A DNA stretch of 35,267 nt. Source: Candidatus Woesearchaeota archaeon (GTDB lineage Archaea > Nanobdellota > Nanobdellia > Pacearchaeales > GW2011-AR1). Location of the stretch: contig CAYNOY010000006.1 of assembly GCA_964399015.1 (NCBI GenBank), positions 1-35,267 of the forward strand, given 5' to 3'. The translations under genes were made by a program, and so were the position numbers. Numbering within the stretch: position 1 is the first letter of the stretch; every line of letters starts with the position of its first letter. This document shows positions 27,493 to 35,267 of the stretch, piece by piece. Below the pieces are notes generated by a model, which saw only the letters and a program-made list of their open reading frames with translations, was not told where the DNA came from and made no database searches.

Positions 27493-29560
27493 AGTTTTAA
27501 TTATTGGTGCTGATGGAAATCTTGGAACTCAATTAAAGAAAGATTTTTCGTATCATTACGATGTTGTTGGAACCTGTTATGAAAATTCTGTCAGGGGTCT
27601 GAGCTATCTGGATATAACTGATAGAGAGAAAGTGAGAGACCTTTTAGAAAAAGAAAATCCTGAAATCGTAATTTTGACTTCTGCATTAACAAATGTTGAA
27701 GAATGTGAACTTAATCCAAAAAAAGCGCAAAAAATAAATGTAGGGGGTGTGAAAAATATTGCGGAGTTTTGTGAGGGCCGGAAGTTGGTATATTATTCAA
27801 CAGATGCCATTTTTGATGGCATTAAAGAAGAATATGTTGAGGAAGATATTCCAAATCCATTAAATGTTTATGGGAAAACTAAATTAGATGGAGAAAAATA
27901 TGTTCAAGGTCTGAATGATTTTTTAATTATTAGGACTTGTAGACTTTACGGGTTAAGAGGAACAAAATTCATTAATACTCTTATTTCTACACTTGGGGAT
28001 GGAAATAATATAAATGTTCCTGAAAATTCTTCAGGTAGTCCTAGCTTTATAGGGGATGTTTCTAATGCCACATTGAATCTGATTAAAAAAGAAAGAACGG
28101 GAATATATCATATTGCAGGACCTAAATGTTCGCTTGATGAAACTGCATTTATAATTGCAGAGGTATTTGGTTTTGATAAAAATTTAATCTCAAGCGTTGA
28201 TAAGAATTTTTTTAATAACAATGTTAAAAGGGCGAGTGTTGTTCTTAATACTGATAATATTAAAAAGGAAGGAATTTTTATGCGAGCTATGGAAAAAGGT
28301 ATAGAAAAAATAATGGAGGATTTGTTGAATACGAAATTCAATGAAATTAAATCTTGCAGGGCTTGTGGGAGTGAGGATCTTTTTCCATATTTAAATTTAG
28401 GGGACATGCCTCTTGCAAATAATCTTTTAGATAAAAAACAGGACATATTGGATGAAGAAAAATTTCCATTAAAAGTTCTTTTATGCAAGAATTGTTTTTT
28501 TTCCCAATTAAGCATAATTGTCAAACCTGAGGTTATGTTTCGAAATTATGTTTATCGTTCTTCAATCTCTGAGACTTTTAAATCTCATTGTAAGGAACTA
28601 TCTGAAGAATTAGATAAAGATCTTGAAAGTAATGATTTGGTGGTAGATGTTGCAAGTAATGATGGTTGTTTGTTACGCCCATTTCAAGCTAATGGGAAAA
28701 GGGTTTTAGGTATAGATCCTGCAATTAATTTAGCCAAGATTGCAAATGAATCTGGGATTGAAACCATTTCAGAATTCTGGAACGAGGAATTAGCCACAAA
28801 AATTCGAGAAAAATGGGGTCCTGCCAAGATTATTACTGCATTTAATGTTTTTGCCCATGTAGCAGATATTAAATCTTTTGCAATGGCTGTAAAAATTTTG
28901 CTTGCGGAAGATGGTTATTTTATTATAGAGAGCCCTCATGCATTAAGCCTATTAAAAAATGTTGAGTTTGACACAATTTACCATGAACATTTATCCTACA
29001 TTACATTAAGTCCTTTAAAAATATTTTTTGAAAAGTTAGGCCTTAGAATTTCCAAGATTAAAAAATTTGATATTCATGGCGGTTCAATAAGAATTTATAT
29101 TGAACATGATTCTCAAAATCGGCAAGATGGGAGTGTTGAAAAGGTAATAAATGAGGAGGAAAAAGAGGGCTTAAATAATTTAGAGTTATATGAAAATTTT
29201 AAAAATAATGTTGAGAGTCTTAAAAAAGAACTTGTAGAAAAATTAAAGGAAATAAAGGATGAGGGAGGACAAATATCTGTTTTTGGAGCCTCTGCGAAAG
29301 GTAATACTCTTTTAAATTATTTTAATATTGATAATGAGATGATTGATAATATCTTGGATGATACTCCTGAAAAACAAGGCAAAATTGCTCCAGGTGTTCA
29401 TATTCCAATTGTTAGTTCTGATTTTTTAAATGAAAAAACTCCAGATTATCTCCTGATACTTGCCTGGAACTTTGCTGAAGAAATAATGAAAAAAACAGAA
29501 AATTATCAATTAAACGGCGGAAAGTATATTATACCAATTCCGAAATTAAAAATAATTTAA
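27482..29560 (+). CDS. rmlD: Fusion of an RmlD-like dTDP-4-keto-sugar reductase and an NDP-hexose C-methyltransferase (TylCIII/TcaB9/NovU family)
   Basis: N-terminal half: IGADGNLG, STDAIFDG, YGKTK. From about aa 290: CRAC...CKNC Zn site, DVASNDG, NVFAH, FDTIYHEH, HGGSIR, GASAKG, LAWNF..EI. No internal stop. Confidence 0.9.
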   Translation: MGIKVLIIGADGNLGTQLKKDFSYHYDVVGTCYENSVRGLSYLDITDREKVRDLLEKENPEIVILTSALTNVEECELNPKKAQKINVGGVKNIAEFCEGRKLVYYSTDAIFDGIKEEYVEEDIPNPLNVYGKTKLDGEKYVQGLNDFLIIRTCRLYGLRGTKFINTLISTLGDGNNINVPENSSGSPSFIGDVSNATLNLIKKERTGIYHIAGPKCSLDETAFIIAEVFGFDKNLISSVDKNFFNNNVKRASVVLNTDNIKKEGIFMRAMEKGIEKIMEDLLNTKFNEIKSCRACGSEDLFPYLNLGDMPLANNLLDKKQDILDEEKFPLKVLLCKNCFFSQLSIIVKPEVMFRNYVYRSSISETFKSHCKELSEELDKDLESNDLVVDVASNDGCLLRPFQANGKRVLGIDPAINLAKIANESGIETISEFWNEELATKIREKWGPAKIITAFNVFAHVADIKSFAMAVKILLAEDGYFIIESPHALSLLKNVEFDTIYHEHLSYITLSPLKIFFEKLGLRISKIKKFDIHGGSIRIYIEHDSQNRQDGSVEKVINEEEKEGLNNLELYENFKNNVESLKKELVEKLKEIKDEGGQISVFGASAKGNTLLNYFNIDNEMIDNILDDTPEKQGKIAPGVHIPIVSSDFLNEKTPDYLLILAWNFAEEIMKKTENYQLNGGKYIIPIPKLKII

Positions 29561-29561
29561 A

Positions 29562-30305
29562 ATGAAAGGAATAATTTTGGCAGGTGGAAAGGGAACTAGA
29601 CTGTATCCATTAACTACTGTGACAAATAAACATTTGGTTCCAGTTGGAAAACTTCCAATGATAGAATATCCCTTGCATACATTAAAAAATTTGAATGTTG
29701 ATTCAATAAGTGTAGTTACTGGAGGGGAAAATTTTCAGGACATAGCCCAATATCTTGGTACCTTGCATTCCGAAGACAATTTTTCTTTTCACTATCAATC
29801 TAAGGCTGGGGGCATAGCTCAGGCATTAGCTCTTACAGAATCATTTGTTAAATATGGAAAAATAGCAGTTATATTAGGGGACAATATATTTGAAGAAGAT
29901 TTTTCAAAAGCTGCAGAAATATTTGAAAAATCTGATTCTGGGGCGATGATTTTCTTGAAGGAAGTAAACAATTCTTCGGAATATGGTGTTGCTGAAATTA
30001 TTGGAGGTAAAGTTGAGGGGATTGAAGAAAAACCTAAAATACCTAGATCTAATCTAGCGGTTACAGGATTATATTTTTATGATTCTACCGTTTTTGATAA
30101 GATAAAATTGCTTAAACCCTCTATGCGGGGGGAACTTGAAATAACTGATGTTAATAATATGTATCAAAAAGAGGGGAGATTGTCTTATTACAAATTATCT
30201 GGTTTTTGGGGTGATGCTGGAACTTTTGAAAGTAGGGATTTATGCAATAATTTTGTTAAAGAAAAATTAGAGGCTGAGATAGGTTCTAAACTATCCTTAA
30301 TTTAA
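29562..30305 (+). CDS. rmlA: Glucose-1-phosphate thymidylyltransferase (short RmlA/SpsI-type)
   Basis: GIILAGGKGTRLYPLT, GIAQAL, LGDN, EEKP, AVTGLYFYD, PSMRGELEITD, WGDAGT. Confidence 0.93.
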   Translation: MKGIILAGGKGTRLYPLTTVTNKHLVPVGKLPMIEYPLHTLKNLNVDSISVVTGGENFQDIAQYLGTLHSEDNFSFHYQSKAGGIAQALALTESFVKYGKIAVILGDNIFEEDFSKAAEIFEKSDSGAMIFLKEVNNSSEYGVAEIIGGKVEGIEEKPKIPRSNLAVTGLYFYDSTVFDKIKLLKPSMRGELEITDVNNMYQKEGRLSYYKLSGFWGDAGTFESRDLCNNFVKEKLEAEIGSKLSLI

Positions 30306-30307
30306 GC

Positions 30308-31927
30308 TTACGATTTTGCATTGTTTGAATTAGGTTGAGCCTTTCTAAGCTGGATTATTTTATTTTTAATGGATTTTAATATCATTATGTCATTTTCGTC
30401 AAAGCATCCGGTTATAATTATTAGTAAAAGGTAGGTTAAGGTAAATAAAAATCCTTGTGCAATCAAAGTTATTGCATTAGTTGGCAATATTCTTTTTGTG
30501 AAGGTTATTAATAATGCCGGAATAATTGTTATTAATGCGATTAATATCATTTTTCTTTTTAGAGGGATAATTCCAGAATATTTTTTTGCAATTAACAGAG
30601 ATAAAATGCTCCAAAGAAGGTAACTTATCATTGTCGAAATCGAAGCACCTATAGTCCCTAAGGAATTATCTAAACCAAATATTTTAGGTATCGGAATCAA
30701 AATTATATTAAGCAGAATATTTATTATCGAAATTATGGCTAGATTTGAAAGAACTAATTTGGATTTCCCCCTCATTGATAATAAATTTTCTGAAATTAAA
30801 AAAATTGAGCTAAAAAATATACCTATTGCTAAAAATCTTAGAGGCCATGCTGCGCGAATATACTCTGAGCCAAATAATATATTTATCAGTATTTCTGGAA
30901 ATAAAATTATGATTACAAGTATTGGGAGGTTTAACATAAAGATCCATTTTCCTACCTGCTTGCTTAATCCCTTAATCATATGAATTTCATCCCTTATGTA
31001 CCCCCTTGTTATCATGGGCAAAAATAAATAAATAAATAATTGGGGAGCTATAACTAATAGGAGGGCTATTGGAACTGCAGCATTATATATTCCTACCGCA
31101 GTAGAATTTTTAAAATAACCGATTAATAAAGAATCTGTCCAACCAAAAATAAATGATACTAATCCTACAAAAATCAAGGGCCATGAATAGCTGAATAATT
31201 CTTTTCTAATTTTTGCTTTTGTTTTTTTATCTAAATAAGATTCTTTGAAGACCTCTTTTAGCTTATATTTGCAATAAAGGTATGAGGGAATTAACAATGT
31301 AAATGCCCCTAGAACATATGCAACTATAACTGCATATAAAAGAAATCTCTCGTCCCCATTTAATAGAAAAATTGCTATAATAACTCCAGATGTCAATGTA
31401 ATCAGTTCAACAAAATTAAACAAGATGTTTCTTATAAAAGTGACCCATTGCATTTTTTCATACGCTTGTATAATCGAAATGTATATGGATCCGATACCTG
31501 AGATAGGGATTACCAAACTAAAAATTATCAAAAATAGATTAAGATTAGGGTCATGGAAAATATTTGTAGATATATATTTGGAAAGAATGAGTAATAGTAT
31601 GCATCCAATTATTCCTGAAAAAATTACTGAGTTTACTGCTAGTTTTACAATATACCTTATTTTTTTAATGTCATTTTTTGCACGATAAATAGCGATATAT
31701 CTTACCACTCCTACACATAATCCCAAGGTAAAAATTGCAACCCAACATTCAGTTATTATTGAAGCTAATGTGAATAAACCATAAATTTCTGAATGCATGA
31801 ATCTAGCGATAATCATTCTGAATAGGTAACTCAAAAATTTTGAGAAAATTAATCCAACAAATACTATTATCGAAAACTTTGCCATAGTTTTTAAGGAGTT
31901 ATCTAAAGATTCTTGTTTTTTGTTCAT
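30308..31927 (-). CDS. Oligosaccharide flippase (Wzx/AglR-like, MOP superfamily)
   Basis: Many TM helices; YGLFTLA, YSWPL, TD.LLIG, VGIYNAA; TATA-like box 29 nt upstream. Confidence 0.88.
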   Translation of the reverse strand: MNKKQESLDNSLKTMAKFSIIVFVGLIFSKFLSYLFRMIIARFMHSEIYGLFTLASIITECWVAIFTLGLCVGVVRYIAIYRAKNDIKKIRYIVKLAVNSVIFSGIIGCILLLILSKYISTNIFHDPNLNLFLIIFSLVIPISGIGSIYISIIQAYEKMQWVTFIRNILFNFVELITLTSGVIIAIFLLNGDERFLLYAVIVAYVLGAFTLLIPSYLYCKYKLKEVFKESYLDKKTKAKIRKELFSYSWPLIFVGLVSFIFGWTDSLLIGYFKNSTAVGIYNAAVPIALLLVIAPQLFIYLFLPMITRGYIRDEIHMIKGLSKQVGKWIFMLNLPILVIIILFPEILINILFGSEYIRAAWPLRFLAIGIFFSSIFLISENLLSMRGKSKLVLSNLAIISIINILLNIILIPIPKIFGLDNSLGTIGASISTMISYLLWSILSLLIAKKYSGIIPLKRKMILIALITIIPALLITFTKRILPTNAITLIAQGFLFTLTYLLLIIITGCFDENDIMILKSIKNKIIQLRKAQPNSNNAKS

Positions 31928-32017
31928 ATCTTCAATATAAAAAAGTATTATTTAAAACCTAGGTATTAAAAATATTAATGCCACTAAATTTGATTGCATC
32001 AAAAAGTTTATCTCTGA

Positions 32018-33637
32018 TTAAGGGCCTGTTTTAAATTCCAGGGTCTTAGGGGTATTTGATCCTTTGTTTTTGAAAAATTTGTTTTTTATAGATTCAATGA
32101 CGATTATATCCTTGTTATCTAGGCATTTAGTAACCAGAATTAGAAGAATATATGTTAATAAAAATAGGGTGCATTCCATAACTACTATAAAAAGACTCTC
32201 TGGCAAAAATCGTTTAACATAAAATAAAATAATTCCAGAAACTAATGCAACTAATGTTATTCTTATCATCTTCATTTTCAGAGGGATTATTGAGGTATAA
32301 TATTTTGATTGAATGGTAGATATCATGCTCCAAAGGCTATATGTAGTCATCGTAGCTATTGCTGCACCCAAAATGCCCCATTTTAATATTAGAAAATAAT
32401 TTAGAATTAAATTTACTAACCCTGAAATAAACATATTAAAAAGAACTGCCTTTGATCTTCCAGCCATAGAAACAAGGTTCTGAGAGATATTAAATATTGA
32501 ATATAAAAATATTCCTATTGCAAGAAATCTTAGGGGAAATTCTGCTGGAAGATAATTGACTCCAAAAAGAAGATTTATGATTGTGCCTGGAAAAAATAGA
32601 ATTAGAATCAAGAAAGGGAGATTAATTAAATAAACCCATTTTGCTACTTGTTTACTTATATCTCTTATCAAGGAGATGTTATTTTTACCGAATTCTTTTG
32701 AGATTAATGGGGAAAATAATTGCATGAATAGATTCGATGAAATAATCATTAATCCTGCGAGGGGGGTTGCAGCATTATAAAGGCCCACAGATTTAGCATC
32801 CATAAGAATACCTATCATCAATGTATCCATTCCAAAAAATAAAAAAGATAATAAATTCACCAATGCCAAGGGCCAGGAATAATAAAATACCTCCATTATT
32901 ACTAATTTTTTGGTTTCTTTGTTAATCTCTGGTTTTATTAATACTTCTTTAATTACATATCTACAAACTAAAAAAGAAGCTATCAGAACAAAAATATAAC
33001 TGAGGTTATATGAAAAAATAATTGCGTTGTTTGTTAAACCTATAAATAACATACTAATTAAAAGTATTATTTTTACAGATTGTGTAAGGATATTTCCAAT
33101 AAAACTATTCCAACCTATTTTTTCGTAAGCTCTTGTGACAGTTAAAAATGCACCTGAAAGTGTAACTAAAGGGATAAAAAATGAAAACCATTTTAAATAA
33201 ATTGATAATTCAGGATTATGAAATAGGTGGATAGAGATCGTTCCTGAAAAAATATATAGCAAAATAGCACATACCATGCTTGTTAAAAATGTAAATAATG
33301 CTACAAACCTAAATAAAAACTGAGCCTTACTTATTTCTCCTTTCCCCCGATAATAAGAAATGTATCTTAACATCCCTTCGTGAAAGCCTAATGAAAAAAA
33401 AGAGGTCAGAAAACTAACTACCATTACTGCAAGAGTAAAAGTACCATATATTTCAATTCCGGAAATAGTCTCAGTAGTGGGAATTCTTGCTATGATTATT
33501 CGATATGCTAATGTCAATATTTTTGAAATAATAATGCTAATCAAGACTATTATTGCAGAATTAAATATAGATTTTAAAGAAAAATGTAGGTTTTCTTCAT
33601 GATTCTTCATTTCCATAGTGTTAAAAATGTGAGACAT
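32018..33637 (-). CDS. Oligosaccharide flippase (Wzx/AglR-like), paralog of the adjacent gene
   Basis: Same motif series (YGTFTLA, YSWPL, VGLYNAA, SKQVAKW, LRFLAIGIF). The start may be ATG 33616 or 33610. Confidence 0.88.
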   Translation of the reverse strand: MSHIFNTMEMKNHEENLHFSLKSIFNSAIIVLISIIISKILTLAYRIIIARIPTTETISGIEIYGTFTLAVMVVSFLTSFFSLGFHEGMLRYISYYRGKGEISKAQFLFRFVALFTFLTSMVCAILLYIFSGTISIHLFHNPELSIYLKWFSFFIPLVTLSGAFLTVTRAYEKIGWNSFIGNILTQSVKIILLISMLFIGLTNNAIIFSYNLSYIFVLIASFLVCRYVIKEVLIKPEINKETKKLVIMEVFYYSWPLALVNLLSFLFFGMDTLMIGILMDAKSVGLYNAATPLAGLMIISSNLFMQLFSPLISKEFGKNNISLIRDISKQVAKWVYLINLPFLILILFFPGTIINLLFGVNYLPAEFPLRFLAIGIFLYSIFNISQNLVSMAGRSKAVLFNMFISGLVNLILNYFLILKWGILGAAIATMTTYSLWSMISTIQSKYYTSIIPLKMKMIRITLVALVSGIILFYVKRFLPESLFIVVMECTLFLLTYILLILVTKCLDNKDIIVIESIKNKFFKNKGSNTPKTLEFKTGP

Positions 33638-33658
33638 ATTTAACTTTTATAATCTGGA

Positions 33659-35266
33659 TCATATTTCTTCCCTCAATAGGTTATCAGTTATACGGAGATA
33701 ATTCCTTCTAAGGAAATCCAGTTTTTCATAATGTTTCATTTCAAAACGATAAATTCTGCTAGATACATAGAATCGCATATGGCATTTCTTACATGACATC
33801 CAGATTACATAATGTAATGAGTTCCTTATAGAGGCATTATTGTAGTTTATTGTTTCATTGCAAAAAGGGCATTTAACGATTAGATTATACCTTTTAGAAT
33901 TTCTTTTTATTTTTTTAATGGGAACTATATATTTGCAATGTTTCCATCTTTGCCCTACAATTTCTTTCTTTAGGTCTTTGATTTCATTATCTGACATATT
34001 ATCTGTCATGTTGAACCAATTAGTATGAGCCATATTATTTTTAATAAACTCCAATTTATCTTTAATAATTCCTTTTTTTATGCATTTATCATATATTTCA
34101 CTTCCGGGATAAGGTTGGATAAATCCTAACTGAACCTGCCCGTTACAACTAGTTTTCCAATATTTTAAAGTCTCTCTTGCAGTTTCTTTTGTTTCTGCAA
34201 TATCTCCAAAAATAAAATTTGCTTGTAACCCTATTTGAACTTCCTGAGCTAGTTTAACGGCATTGTCTATTTCTTGAGGGGTTATTGGCTTTTTCATACT
34301 TTTTAGAACGATTGAGCTATAACTCTCAAAACCTAAACTTATTAAATTGCATCCAGAATCTTTTAAAGTGAAAAGAAGTTCTCTGTCCAAAGTATTAACA
34401 AGAACTTGACAGGACCATACTATTTTTCCTTTTAAATTTTTTGAAATCTCTTTAATTCTTTTGCAAAATTCATACAACCTATCCTTATTGAGAGATAATA
34501 AGTCATCGTGTATTGTTAGTGAATTAATTTGATATTTTTTTATTGCCAAATTTATTTCTTTAAAAATGTCGTCCAAGGATCTTTCCCGATATTTAATACC
34601 GATTGAATGATAGCAAAATGTGCATTGATATGGGCACCCTCTACTACACAATAAGGGGTAGCTTCTTGGAAAGTCTAATTCACAATAATTTGCCCCATTA
34701 GATTGCTTATCCAAAAATTCCTTAAACCCTAATAATTCAAAGTCTGGAAAAATAATTGAGTCTATATCTTTGATTAATTCACGAGGTTTTGTAAGAATTG
34801 TCTCTCCTTGGGCATTGATAAATCCGATTCCATCCACCCTAGAGGGATCTGATTTATTTTCGATAGATTCAATAAGGTCGATTATTGTTATCTCTCCTTC
34901 CCCTACAACAATAAAATTCGGTTTTAGAGATTTTAGAATTAGTTGTGGTTCGCTTGTGATAAGGGTCCCCCCCAGGATAATTTTTGGATGAGTGGGGTGA
35001 TTTTTTACAGCATTTGTAATCTTTTCTATTGCTGAATAACCAATACCAATATGCCCTGAACATACCAAATCATAATTATTTTGATCTAAGGTCTCATTTA
35101 CAAGATCATTAGAAGTTCCATTTAAATGATTTAAATTTAGACAATCTAATTCATAACCTCCTTTTTTTATAACTGTGGCGATATAACTCAATCCTAAGGG
35201 AAAAGAATATTCATAATTAGCCTTGTTGGTAAAATTGTATTTTGGAACAATTAATAAAATTTTCAT
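33659..35266 (-). CDS. B12-binding-domain radical SAM enzyme with a C-terminal CxxC...CxxC extension
   Basis: ILLIVP, FPLGLSYIA, ILGG, VGEGE, SRGCPYQCTFC, HDD, GFES, PYPGS; tail CPFC...CKKC. Confidence 0.9.
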   Translation of the reverse strand: MKILLIVPKYNFTNKANYEYSFPLGLSYIATVIKKGGYELDCLNLNHLNGTSNDLVNETLDQNNYDLVCSGHIGIGYSAIEKITNAVKNHPTHPKIILGGTLITSEPQLILKSLKPNFIVVGEGEITIIDLIESIENKSDPSRVDGIGFINAQGETILTKPRELIKDIDSIIFPDFELLGFKEFLDKQSNGANYCELDFPRSYPLLCSRGCPYQCTFCYHSIGIKYRERSLDDIFKEINLAIKKYQINSLTIHDDLLSLNKDRLYEFCKRIKEISKNLKGKIVWSCQVLVNTLDRELLFTLKDSGCNLISLGFESYSSIVLKSMKKPITPQEIDNAVKLAQEVQIGLQANFIFGDIAETKETARETLKYWKTSCNGQVQLGFIQPYPGSEIYDKCIKKGIIKDKLEFIKNNMAHTNWFNMTDNMSDNEIKDLKKEIVGQRWKHCKYIVPIKKIKRNSKRYNLIVKCPFCNETINYNNASIRNSLHYVIWMSCKKCHMRFYVSSRIYRFEMKHYEKLDFLRRNYLRITDNLLREEI

Positions 35267-35267
35267 A

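Noticed and set aside
3521-35063. Short antisense or nested ORFs in the track (e.g. 3521-3919, 13116-13499, 21822-22148, 28108-28524)
   Set aside because: They lie within longer genes with clear motifs, have no recognisable motifs of their own, and are expected shadow frames.
1-35267. Bacterial (CPR) LPS/O-antigen or antibiotic biosynthetic cluster
   Set aside because: AglB with an AglH/GPT-type transferase, consistent TATA spacing and a CPxCG microprotein point to an archaeon. No lipid A, Wzy/Wzz, PKS or NRPS genes were recognised.

Overview
AT-rich archaeal DNA using the standard stop codons TAA/TAG/TGA. Many genes have a TATA-like box 28-30 nt before the ATG. Gene content and style suggest a DPANN lineage such as Pacearchaeota/Woesearchaeota, but this is inference. 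Almost the whole window is one surface-glycosylation locus. Its core is an AglB/STT3 oligosaccharyltransferase, an AglH/Alg7-type GlcNAc-1-P transferase and a GtrA protein. To the left is a heptose-type nucleotide-sugar operon: GmhB, a triple fusion of two nucleotidyltransferases and an HddA-like GHMP kinase, a GMD/RMD-like SDR and an atypical inositol-monophosphatase-family protein. To the right are a GT-C enzyme, GT2/GT4 enzymes, an rml operon whose RmlD is fused to an NDP-sugar C-methyltransferase, and two paralogous Wzx/AglR-like flippases. Six radical SAM enzymes (four with B12-binding domains, two SPASM/twitch-type) are interspersed, suggesting radical-based glycan or glycolipid tailoring. 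Features missing from the ORF track include a 47-aa CPxCG zinc-ribbon gene and a pair of back-to-back gene remnants at about 14.3-14.7 kb that marks a duplication or recombination junction. No rRNA, tRNA, CRISPR array or transposase was recognised.
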